From Candidatus Bathyarchaeota archaeon (lineage in GTDB: Archaea; Thermoproteota; Bathyarchaeia; TCS64), in the NCBI GenBank assembly GCA_020354065.1, contig CP070640.1, forward strand, positions 482,013 to 523,822: a stretch of 41,810 nt of DNA, given 5' to 3'. Each line of letters opens with the position of its first letter. Positions within the stretch are counted from its first letter, which is position 1. Shown in pieces: positions 18,379 through 26,531 of this stretch. The notes below the pieces were generated by a model. That model ran no database searches, was not told the origin of the DNA, and saw only the letters and a list, made by a program, of their open reading frames with translations. Both the position numbers and the translations under genes were made by a program.

Positions 18379-18488
18379 ATTAATCTAAGGCACCGAGACT
18401 CCCGGTAATGCACTGTATAACTTTGCTTCATCCCGTAGTCGTAAGACCCTTTATATTGTATGTCCAATAAAATCGACCTCGTGGCACC

Positions 18489-18815
18489 ATGCCTATCGAG
18501 AAGACTATCACATATTTCGTGAGTAAGGGTGAGGAGAACACCGATGAGATCTTGAAGGCTAAGAAGTGGACTGAAAAGCTAGGGATAAAGGAAATTGTCG
18601 CGTCGTCAACAAGGGTCGAAAACGGCATGAAAGTTATCGAAGTCTTCAATGGTCACAACGTCGTTGTGGTCACCCACTCTACTGACTTCAGGGAACCGGG
18701 AAAGCAGGAACTCTCTAACTTGACGAAAGAGTTTTCCAGTTTGCCTCAGACCATGAGCCAGAAGCAATTAGGGTTTGTATCCAGAATCATTTTTAAAATA
18801 GATATTCCCCAGTGA
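18489..18815 (+). CDS. Pyruvate-kinase C-terminal (alpha/beta) domain-like protein, apparently truncated
   Basis: TYFVSKGEENTDEILKAKKWTEKLGIKEIVASST...VVVVTHSTDFREPGKQEL matches the N-terminal half of the stand-alone archaeal PK_C-like family. The sequence then diverges and stops after 108 aa, 11 nt before the next gene. Confidence 0.45.
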   Translation: MPIEKTITYFVSKGEENTDEILKAKKWTEKLGIKEIVASSTRVENGMKVIEVFNGHNVVVVTHSTDFREPGKQELSNLTKEFSSLPQTMSQKQLGFVSRIIFKIDIPQ

Positions 18816-18826
18816 GATGCTGAGGC

Positions 18827-19333
18827 TTGTCGATGGACAGACCCGACAAAACGAAATACTTTCTAAACATCGCCCTCGCCGTCGCTGGCCGATCTACCTG
18901 CCTGAGACGACAGTTCGGTGCCGTCATTGTCAACGGTAATACCATCGTGGGAACAGGCTACAACGGCACTGCTAAGGGCGTGATAAACTGTCACGATGTA
19001 GGATGCATCAAGGAGTTGAAGCACCTCCCCCAGAACAGGGCCTACGATCTCTGCCCGGCAGTCCACGCCGAGGAGAATGCCATCATCAACTCCAACAGGG
19101 CCGATAGGATAGGGGCCAAGCTCTACATCGCGGGTATCGACTCCGAAGGCAACTATACGAAGGCCGTCCCATGTCTGAGGTGCAAGCGGAAGATCATCAA
19201 CTCCGAGATCGAAGAAGTCGTCATCCTCGATGAAACTGGAAACCCTGTCCGGATCGATGTCAGGGATTTCATCAACGAGGACACGGTCTGGTACACGAGA
19301 GAGCTCGAGAGGGCTCGAGGGGAGGCAGATTAG
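18827..19333 (+). CDS. dCMP deaminase (CMP/dCMP-type zinc deaminase)
   Basis: HAEENAI and PCLRCKRKI zinc motifs, about 165 aa. ATG at 18833 is an alternative to the track TTG. Confidence 0.85.
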   Translation: MSMDRPDKTKYFLNIALAVAGRSTCLRRQFGAVIVNGNTIVGTGYNGTAKGVINCHDVGCIKELKHLPQNRAYDLCPAVHAEENAIINSNRADRIGAKLYIAGIDSEGNYTKAVPCLRCKRKIINSEIEEVVILDETGNPVRIDVRDFINEDTVWYTRELERARGEAD

Positions 19334-19423
19334 GTAAAGGGTCAAGCTTAGTATTGTTTTTCCATTATTGAAGAGGTAATGGATTTATAATCAATACAAT
19401 AGAAACGTTTTTTCGATGAAGAG

Positions 19424-19675
19424 ATGGTTCTCAGAATGGGGGGCCCCATGGAACCATGGGAGGCGCTGGGGATAGTAATTCTCGCAGGGCCCTTAGCCCT
19501 CGGGCTGGGTGGATTATTCCTCACGATGATCAAGGATACTTTCCGCAGATCCCGACCACTCCTGCGGATCTCAGCCGGGAGAACTTATGGCGAAACCGAG
19601 AGGGAGGCTCATGGGGGTCCTGACAGAGAATCAGAGATCTTATCCTACATCAACGAACTGAAGAAACAACAATAA
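19424..19675 (+). CDS. Small single-pass membrane protein with a C-terminal YINELKK motif
   Basis: Hydrophobic helix WEALGIVILAGPLALGLGGLFLTMI. The tail DRESEILSYINELKKQQ resembles the tail of the next gene. Confidence 0.35.
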   Translation: MVLRMGGPMEPWEALGIVILAGPLALGLGGLFLTMIKDTFRRSRPLLRISAGRTYGETEREAHGGPDRESEILSYINELKKQQ

Positions 19676-19754
19676 TCCTCATCACATTTCTGGTTAGAGG
19701 TTCATATTGCTAGATTAACAGTTAAATCATCTCCCAGCTTTTATTGTGTAGAGA

Positions 19755-19994
19755 ATGCCAATCTGTGCACACTGTGAAAGAGAGGTCGAGAAGACCTACC
19801 CATGTCCCCTGTGCAAGGAAAGATATTGCCCCCAGCACATCAAGCCCGACGCACACAACTGCCCAATGCGCGGGGGAAGGAAGAGGAGGACCAAGCCGGC
19901 AAGAGTGAGAGAGCCTTCGAGCCCCATTGCACCGGAGCGTCTGGACGACGTGATGCAGTACATCAGGGAGTTGAAAAAGACCCGTCGAAGTTAA
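19755..19994 (+). CDS. AN1-type zinc finger protein
   Basis: Exact AN1 spacing C-x2-C-x9-C-x2-C-x4-C-x2-H-x5-H-x-C in MPICAHCEREVEKTYPCPLCKERYCPQHIKPDAHNC. The tail is ERLDDVMQYIRELKK. Confidence 0.6.
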   Translation: MPICAHCEREVEKTYPCPLCKERYCPQHIKPDAHNCPMRGGRKRRTKPARVREPSSPIAPERLDDVMQYIRELKKTRRS

Positions 19995-20041
19995 GCGCAT
20001 GAAAACTAATTTTTCCATCAAAGACTAGGTCGAGCTGTGCC

Positions 20042-21103
20042 ATGATATACCGAGACAGAGACGCACCTGTCACCTATGATGGCCTGATATTCAGGACCTA
20101 CGGCTATGACCACCCACTTGATGCATGCTTCTGCGATCTAGAATATGCGCCCGAGACAGTGTACACAACGGTTGAGCCGAGGGCTGTGAGAGAGGGACTG
20201 CCTATCAAATACTTCAAGTTCTACTTCGACGGCGGCTTGAGATTTGCAATGAGTAGAACCTCCCCTTACAGTCTATATCATAAGTCCCTAGACCAAGTGA
20301 TGGTGGGCGTTAGCGACGGGCAGTTATCCCACGTGATGCGACCCGAAAAAAGGCTCGTTGAATTTATTGAATCCGAGAGCGACCCTCTTGTCAATGCCTG
20401 TATGGAGGTCTTGGACCTAGTCACCGAGAGTTCCACACTTAAGCTGAGAGACTTTGGCGTCTTCGGATCCATTGCTTTCGGTTTCCACAACCCGGTGTAT
20501 AGCGATATTGATCTCATCATCTACGGTAAGAGAGAGCTCCAAGAGCTGAGGGAGACCCTAGCCATACTTTACGAGAAGGGGTCCCTACGGAACGAGTTCG
20601 ACAACTGGTCTCTCCAAGGTTCCCCGGCCCACTGGAACTTCACTAGGTACACGAAGGAGGAGTACGGTCGCCTCCAATGTCGGAAGGGTGTTTATGCTAT
20701 CTACACTTCTGAAAGTCTAGGTCGAGAGGTCAAAATTGAGTTCGAACCCGTCAAGAGATGGGAGGAGATCACCAACGAGTACGAGACTACAGAGAGAATC
20801 CTGAGCTTGGGAAGGATTGAAGCCGTGGTAGAGATTCTTGACGAAGAGGAGGGAGGTTTCATGCCAGCCACCTGGCCGGTGAGGCTGAAGGAGGTGGAGG
20901 AAGGCGTCGGATGTGAGGAGGTTCAGAGGATCGTCTCCTATGTCGAGGAATTCCGACTCCAGGTCGAGACAGGCGAAACCGCCTTGATACGGGGGAACTT
21001 GGAAAGGATTGAGACCCCGGGTAGAGATTTTCACCAGATCACCCTGAGCTATGGCCAGGACTACTTCGACCAGGTCTTGAAACCGCTTGGTCAAGCGAGT
21101 TAA
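20042..21103 (+). CDS. Pol-beta superfamily nucleotidyltransferase with an unknown N-domain and a possible C-terminal beta-barrel
   Basis: Minimal NTase motif GVFGSIAFGFHNPVYSDIDLIIYG (GS...DxD). The N-terminal 130 aa and C-terminal 150 aa are unassigned. Confidence 0.55.
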   Translation: MIYRDRDAPVTYDGLIFRTYGYDHPLDACFCDLEYAPETVYTTVEPRAVREGLPIKYFKFYFDGGLRFAMSRTSPYSLYHKSLDQVMVGVSDGQLSHVMRPEKRLVEFIESESDPLVNACMEVLDLVTESSTLKLRDFGVFGSIAFGFHNPVYSDIDLIIYGKRELQELRETLAILYEKGSLRNEFDNWSLQGSPAHWNFTRYTKEEYGRLQCRKGVYAIYTSESLGREVKIEFEPVKRWEEITNEYETTERILSLGRIEAVVEILDEEEGGFMPATWPVRLKEVEEGVGCEEVQRIVSYVEEFRLQVETGETALIRGNLERIETPGRDFHQITLSYGQDYFDQVLKPLGQAS

Positions 21104-21144
21104 TTTTAAATCGAGCTTGGATAGAGTTTGGGGGAGGCTGCAGA

Positions 21145-21285
21145 TTGAGTCTTGAGAACAAGCTGAAGGAACTCGAAGAGGAATTCAGTCTGATAACGGA
21201 GAAACTGGAAAGCTTCGAGGAGCGCCTCGACGAGCTCAGGGAGAAGTTCAACGAGCTCGAAGAGAAGATCAGCAACATGGTCTAG
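21145..21285 (+). CDS. 46-aa coiled-coil small protein (candidate sORF)
   Basis: My own translation gives LSLENKLKELEEEFSLITEKLESFEERLDELREKFNELEEKISNMV. TTG start with GGAGG 7 nt upstream. The 79-aa minus-strand track ORF here is Ser/Leu-rich antisense noise. Confidence 0.3.
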   Translation: MSLENKLKELEEEFSLITEKLESFEERLDELREKFNELEEKISNMV

Positions 21286-21356
21286 AACGCCTGCTTCCCG
21301 GCTTCAAGTGTGAAAACTTATTAAATATGAGCTAACCCTAGGCAGCCTGAGAGGGA

Positions 21357-22610
21357 ATGTCCTTCGGCGAGCACACCTCCAAGCAGATCATAGGAACGAA
21401 GGGTGACGCTCTACAAGGGAAGAAGATCGTCCTCTGCATCACTGGGAGCGTCGCCGCCATAAAGAGCCCAGAGATCGCTAGGGAACTGATGCGCCTAGGA
21501 GCAGAGGTCTTCACTGTGATGACCCACATGGCCCAGAAGATCATCCATCCCTACATGATGGAATGGTCCACGGGCAATCCTGTGGTAACCGAGCTCACGG
21601 GTCAGACCGAGCATGTCACCTTCGGAGGGGAACATCCTGACCGTGCAGATCTAGTTCTGGTGGCCCCCAGCACGGCGAACACCATTGGCAAGACAGCGGC
21701 GGCCATCGACGACACTCCCGTCACCACCCTCCTTACAACAGCAATAGGAGCGGACATCCCCATCATAATCGCCCCAGCCATGCACGCCTCCATGTACAAA
21801 CACCCCATAGTGATGGAGAACGTGGAAAAACTGAGGTCCATTGGAGTCGAGATCCTCATGCCCAGGCTCGAGGAGGAGAAAGCTAAGATCCCAGGGACAG
21901 ATGACATTGTAGCCGCTGTCGTCCGCAAGCTCTCAAAATCCCAGGATTTTCGAGGGCGAAGGGTCCTGATAACCGCCGGCCCGACCCGGGAGTACCTCGA
22001 CGGATTCAGATTCATTTCGAACCCGAGCTCCGGAAAGATGGGGGTAGCACTAGCCCGGGAGGCTCTGAATCGTGGAGCGGATGTCACACTAATCTACGGA
22101 CCTGGAGTAGCGCACCCCCCGACAGGGGCGAGGGTGATGCGCGTCGAGACCACGACTGAGATGTTGGACGCGGTGGTCGAAGCCCTGAATCGGGAATCCT
22201 ATGACATAGCCATCCTCTCAGCGGCAGCCTCCGATTATGGAGTGAAGGATAGGAAGATAATCAAGACGCCATCCATGATGAAGAACTGGAAGATCGAGTT
22301 GAAACCAGTGCCGAAGATCGTGGAACAGGTGAAGAAGCTCGCCCCGGAGATATTCCTGGTCGGTTTTAAGGCCGAGTATAACGTCTCCGACGAGCAACTA
22401 GTTGAGAAGGCAGCCATCCGTATGGACTCTGTCGGCATGGACCTGATAGTCGCAAACGATGTGGCGAGGAACAAGGTAGGGTTCAACGCCGACACAAACG
22501 AGGTATTCATCATTGACAAAGAGAGGACGGTTGAACACATACCCCTCACTGGGAAGGATGGGATCGCCGAACGCCTCCTGACCATCGTCAGAGAGAAGTC
22601 TGAAGATTAG
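21357..22610 (+). CDS. coaBC: Bifunctional phosphopantothenoylcysteine decarboxylase / phosphopantothenate-cysteine ligase
   Basis: N-terminal flavoprotein domain (KKIVLCITGSVAAIKSPE, PAMHASMY) and C-terminal CoaB domain (ITAGPTREYLD, SSGKMG, AAASDY). Confidence 0.9.
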   Translation: MSFGEHTSKQIIGTKGDALQGKKIVLCITGSVAAIKSPEIARELMRLGAEVFTVMTHMAQKIIHPYMMEWSTGNPVVTELTGQTEHVTFGGEHPDRADLVLVAPSTANTIGKTAAAIDDTPVTTLLTTAIGADIPIIIAPAMHASMYKHPIVMENVEKLRSIGVEILMPRLEEEKAKIPGTDDIVAAVVRKLSKSQDFRGRRVLITAGPTREYLDGFRFISNPSSGKMGVALAREALNRGADVTLIYGPGVAHPPTGARVMRVETTTEMLDAVVEALNRESYDIAILSAAASDYGVKDRKIIKTPSMMKNWKIELKPVPKIVEQVKKLAPEIFLVGFKAEYNVSDEQLVEKAAIRMDSVGMDLIVANDVARNKVGFNADTNEVFIIDKERTVEHIPLTGKDGIAERLLTIVREKSED

Positions 22611-22745
22611 GGTAATCGGTAAGAGTTAAAACGATCAACATCATTATAGGCTGATCTCTTTGAAGCCTGATAGACTATCTAGAGAGAGGAGGAACTGAGG
22701 GAGCTGAAGAAAGAAAAGAGGATAACCATCCCCCTGGATGACGAT

Positions 22746-23249
22746 TTGGACAGATACTTAACATTCCTTGAACAGATCAAGGTTGTCAGGCACAGGGAGG
22801 ATGCTGCGCTCGCGGCGTTGAACATATACAAGAAGCTCAACATGCACGACTGGCTCCCCTATGTCTACAGATCAGGCACAGAACGGGTGTTGATCATGGG
22901 TCAGGGTATGCTCCACGACATCTTCACCTCGATGAGTGAGCTGAAACTCTACGACATTGCGAGGATCAGCGCTCTTAAGAGGAAGATCCTCGATCCTTTT
23001 GACCCCGACCTCGACCTCTCTGAGGTCGACAACTGGGACGTGATCCTCGCCGAACTTGAGAACATGGGGTGGGGTAAGTTTACAAGGGATCGGGAGGAGG
23101 TCATGATCGAGTATCTGGGCGTCCCGATAGTCTTCCTGAGGGGCTACCTTGAGACCCTGTTCAAGGTCGAATTCAGCGTCCATCAAACCCGGTCGGGAGA
23201 GGTCTACGTTCTGAGCAAGGAGAAAGATACCACCGAGGTCTGGCGGTAG
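22746..23249 (+). CDS. Hypothetical protein
   Basis: A 167-codon ORF with normal composition. Only a TTG start is available; the frame is open for 21 more codons upstream without a canonical start. Confidence 0.4.
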   Translation: MDRYLTFLEQIKVVRHREDAALAALNIYKKLNMHDWLPYVYRSGTERVLIMGQGMLHDIFTSMSELKLYDIARISALKRKILDPFDPDLDLSEVDNWDVILAELENMGWGKFTRDREEVMIEYLGVPIVFLRGYLETLFKVEFSVHQTRSGEVYVLSKEKDTTEVWR

Positions 23250-23250
23250 A

Positions 23251-23697
23251 TCAAAGTCCTGTACAGGGGCACCTCTTGTACGGACCGATGACTACGGTGA
23301 CCTCGGTCCCAGTTATGCCCTCTATGCTGAGCTCCGATTCGAGGAACTCGTTGAGCTCCTCCATGTCCTTGAATATAACCTCGACGAAGAGATCCACGTT
23401 ACCTGTGGTCCTGTACAACACCTGAATGTCCGGATTCCCCTCAAGATGCTCCACGATATCTCTCAGTTTCTGAGGGTTGATTCGCAGCCCTATGAAGGCT
23501 TTGATAATTCGACCCAGCTTGTGGTAATCGAGAAGAAGATTGAACTGCTTTATTATCCCCTCCTCGACCATCTTGTTTATCCGTTTTCTAACGGTGGCGT
23601 CGCTCACGCTGAGTTCTTTGGCGATTGTTTTGTATGGTTTTCGAGCGTTCCCGCTCAATGAACGGATTATCTTCAGATCTAGTCTGTCAATAGACAT
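23251..23697 (-). CDS. Lrp/AsnC family transcriptional regulator
   Basis: N-terminal HTH LDLKIIRSLSGNARKPYKTIAKELSVSDATVRKRINKMVEEGII plus a RAM-type C-terminal domain. Confidence 0.9.
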   Translation of the reverse strand: MSIDRLDLKIIRSLSGNARKPYKTIAKELSVSDATVRKRINKMVEEGIIKQFNLLLDYHKLGRIIKAFIGLRINPQKLRDIVEHLEGNPDIQVLYRTTGNVDLFVEVIFKDMEELNEFLESELSIEGITGTEVTVVIGPYKRCPCTGL

Positions 23698-23855
23698 TTC
23701 TTCTTCTCCTTTGACTCACAATCGAAAGTTCTAATGTTTTTGTATTGACATTTCCATGCAATTTTTTTCGATTCTCCTTTTATTATAATAATAGTATGTA
23801 TTGTAATTAAGTCTCTCGTTTTTTATTATTTCATAACGTTCTTCGTCATGCAATG

Positions 23856-23891
23856 TGTAGAAAAACGAATCAAATTGTACGAAAAACGAAT
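23856..23891. promoter_or_regulatory. Phased direct repeat (GTA-GAAAAACGAAT twice, 21 bp apart) in the divergent lrp / 23941-ORF promoter region
   Basis: The GAAAAACGAAT core sits at 23860-23870 and 23881-23891, each preceded by TGTA, just upstream of an AT-rich TATA-like stretch. Confidence 0.3.
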
Positions 23892-23940
23892 TTTTAATTG
23901 ACCCATATTTTGAAAGCATAGTAAACCTTACAACATATAG

Positions 23941-24234
23941 GTGTACGATATGGAGTACAGAGAGTTGGTAAAAACAATCCCTCGAACCATGCGAGAAGTC
24001 CTCTCCAACAAGCTCATGGATGTCCTGCTGGAGGCCAAAGCTGGGGACGCCGTCCCGAGCTCCGTCGCTAAGACACTCTTGTACTACTGGCAGAGGGATC
24101 AGCTCGCAAGCGAGGCGGGGCTTACCGCTCTTCTCAGGGCCGTGGTAGAGGCTGATCCGGTCAGGTCCGCCGCCGTCATTGGAGACTTCGGCCTTGAAGA
24201 GATCAAGCTCGCCATCAGCCTGAAAGAAGAGTGA
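23941..24234 (+). CDS. Hypothetical helical protein upstream of mer
   Basis: A 97-codon ORF with protein-like composition. The overlapping 206-aa minus ORF spans AT-rich promoter DNA and looks spurious. Confidence 0.4.
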   Translation: MYDMEYRELVKTIPRTMREVLSNKLMDVLLEAKAGDAVPSSVAKTLLYYWQRDQLASEAGLTALLRAVVEADPVRSAAVIGDFGLEEIKLAISLKEE

Positions 24235-24278
24235 GAGTTCGCCCCAAAGGCTTACCACTCCCCAGCACTTAGAGATGA

Positions 24279-25292
24279 GTGGTTGCGATGAAGAGTTTCG
24301 GCATAGAGTTCGTCCCAATGGAGCTTTTCTGGAGGACCACCTACTACACAATCCAGGCGGAGCATCTGGGGTACGACAGCATATGGATAACAGACCACTT
24401 CAACAACAGGAACGTTTACGTGAGCCTTTCTGTAATTGCTAACTACACAGAACGTATCAAGCTTGGGCCTGGAGTCACGAATCCATACCTTGTCCACCCC
24501 GTGATGACGGCCCAGAGCGTGGCATCCCTCAACGAGGTCGCCTCTGGAAGGGTAATCTGCGGCATCGGGGCGGGGGACAGGACTACCTTGGAGATGGTGG
24601 GCGTCGAGATGAAGGCCCCTCTACGCACCGTCAGAGAGGCTGTGGAGATCATCAGGCGTCAGATAGTCAGGGAGAAGGGGAGCTACGAGGGCAGATTGTT
24701 CAAGACATCCGCCGGAGCCAGGTTCAACTTCAAGGTGAACGATGGCATCCCCATCTACATCGGCGCCCAGGGACCGAAGATGCTCCAGCTAGCTGGGGCA
24801 ATCGGTGACGGGGCCCTCATCAACGCCTCACATCCCGACGACATTGAAAGGGCTGTTACATACATAAGAAAAGGAGCCGAGAAGGCTGGAAGGGATCCCA
24901 AAGAGATTGACATCGCCGCCTACACCTCGTTCTCAGTGGCCGAGAACGAGAAAAGCGCTAGGAAGCCTGTCACCCCCGTGGTCGCTTACATCGTCGCTGG
25001 GAGCCCTCCTTTCATCCTTGAGAAACACGATATCAAAGTCGAGAAAGCCGAGAAGATCAGGAGCGACCTCGCCAACCGGAAATGGGGCGAGGCCTTCGGC
25101 GCCGTCAACGACCACATGATCGACACCTTCGCGGTCTGCGGCTCCCCAGACCAGTGCACGGAGAAGATAGATAACCTGTTCAAGACGGGGATCACCCACT
25201 TCGTCACTGGTTCCCCTCTCGGTCCTAACATAAGGGCTTCCATAAACCTCTTCGGGCTCGAGGTTCTCCCCAACTTCAAAGAACAACCATAA
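24279..25292 (+). CDS. mer: F420-dependent 5,10-methylenetetrahydromethanopterin reductase (Mer) homolog, LLM family
   Basis: Near-colinear similarity to methanogen Mer: FGIEFVP, WITDHFNNRNVY, IKLGPGVTNPY, IPIYIGAQGPKMLQLAG, DGALINASHP, VAGSPP, GSPLGP. ATG at 24288 is the likely start. Confidence 0.8.
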   Translation: MVAMKSFGIEFVPMELFWRTTYYTIQAEHLGYDSIWITDHFNNRNVYVSLSVIANYTERIKLGPGVTNPYLVHPVMTAQSVASLNEVASGRVICGIGAGDRTTLEMVGVEMKAPLRTVREAVEIIRRQIVREKGSYEGRLFKTSAGARFNFKVNDGIPIYIGAQGPKMLQLAGAIGDGALINASHPDDIERAVTYIRKGAEKAGRDPKEIDIAAYTSFSVAENEKSARKPVTPVVAYIVAGSPPFILEKHDIKVEKAEKIRSDLANRKWGEAFGAVNDHMIDTFAVCGSPDQCTEKIDNLFKTGITHFVTGSPLGPNIRASINLFGLEVLPNFKEQP

Positions 25293-25306
25293 AGCCGCCC
25301 CCCCTC

Positions 25307-25311
25307 TTTTT
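25307..25311 (+). terminator. Oligo-T tract after mer (candidate archaeal terminator)
   Basis: CCCCCCCTCTTTTTATT lies 15 nt after the mer stop, in a convergent intergenic region. Confidence 0.25.
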
Positions 25312-25454
25312 ATTACCATTTAGTATTCTCAGAGGACTAGTACAACTCTTGAAAACTGCATAAGCATTACAAATATCAGCTGCTTGTCGTAATTTAATTG
25401 AAGCCCACCTTCCAAATGTGGAAAGATCACCTTGTTAATTATCGCTTCAAACTC

Positions 25455-26468
25455 CTAGAATGTTCTCTGTGTGAAGTATTCGACCAGTTCCAAGAGATCG
25501 TTTTTGGCCACCGAGTCTGGGAAAATTTCAAGCATCTCCTTGGCTCTCCCGGCACAGTTCTCCGCTCTTTCCTTTGCGTAATTGATCGCACCCGAATCAA
25601 CCAGGGCCTTGGTGGCTGCTTTTATCTCGGAAGGCGTGGCATCTTCTACATCCAGGACTTTCAAGATGGCGTCCCTGCCCTCAGAGGTAGCATTCTCCAG
25701 AGCGTGGATAACGATTAGAGTCTTCTTTCCTTCCCTGAGATCGCTGCCGACAGGCTTTCCCAGAGTTTTTTCGTCTGCGGTCGCTCCTAAGATATCGTCA
25801 ACTATTTGGAATGCGATGCCTGCGTTCCAGGCGAAGGAGCCCACTCTTTCTACCTGCTCAGAGTCGCCCCCGCCTATGATGGCCCCTACCTCGGCGCAGG
25901 CTTTGAATAAAGCGGAGGTCTTTCCACCAACCATGAAGACGTAATCCTCTTCAGAGACATCCACCGTCCTCGGATAGGTGACATCCAAAACCTGGCCCTC
26001 GCAGATAGCCATCGTCGCATAATTGACACGCTCGATGCAGGCCAGAACATTGTCGCAAGTCAAGTTTCCTTCGATCGAGGCTCTGACTATCGCCTCATAG
26101 ACCTTGGCGAAGAGGAGATCACCGCTAGCTATGGCTACTGGAACACCCCACTTGGCGTGGACCGTTGGGGCCCCCCTCCTGAGGGCGTCGTTGTCCATGA
26201 TGTCGTCATGGACGAGCGTGAAGTTGTGTAAGATCTCCATCGCAGCCGCGAAGGGCAGTGCTACATCCGGGTCTCCGCCGACAAGCTCGCACGACTTCAG
26301 AACTAGGTATGGCCTCAGGCGCTTGCCTCCCGCCTGGAATATGTGCCTCGATGCTTCGTAGAGGGCTTCGGGCTTCCTCGGTTTTAGCAGCTCGTAGATA
26401 TACTGGTCAACCTGAGAAGCGCTCTCGCTCAGCTTGCGGTTGATAGCTTCGTTGAGTGCCATATTCAC
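25455..26468 (-). CDS. idsA: Geranylgeranyl diphosphate synthase (short-chain trans-prenyltransferase)
   Basis: First and second Asp-rich motifs LVHDDIMDND and QIVDDILG. Confidence 0.88.
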   Translation of the reverse strand: MNMALNEAINRKLSESASQVDQYIYELLKPRKPEALYEASRHIFQAGGKRLRPYLVLKSCELVGGDPDVALPFAAAMEILHNFTLVHDDIMDNDALRRGAPTVHAKWGVPVAIASGDLLFAKVYEAIVRASIEGNLTCDNVLACIERVNYATMAICEGQVLDVTYPRTVDVSEEDYVFMVGGKTSALFKACAEVGAIIGGGDSEQVERVGSFAWNAGIAFQIVDDILGATADEKTLGKPVGSDLREGKKTLIVIHALENATSEGRDAILKVLDVEDATPSEIKAATKALVDSGAINYAKERAENCAGRAKEMLEIFPDSVAKNDLLELVEYFTQRTF

Positions 26469-26531
26469 CCTCCCGACACAGGTTAGACCACATTGAATCA
26501 GATAAGAGTTGTCTACTACTCAGTTTGAATC

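Noticed and set aside
22660-22745. A short TTG-initiated frame (MKPDRLSRERRN) ends in an AGAGAGAG tract just upstream of the 22746 ORF, whose frame stays open upstream without a start. This could be a frameshifted longer gene.
   Set aside because: Joining the frames needs an indel I cannot verify, the upstream peptide has no recognisable homology, and a TTG start at 22746 is adequate.
23731-24351. A 206-aa minus-strand ORF spanning the lrp-mer intergenic region.
   Set aside because: It runs through the very AT-rich promoter region (N/Y/K-rich translation) and overlaps the mer start. The plus-strand 97-aa ORF has far more protein-like composition.
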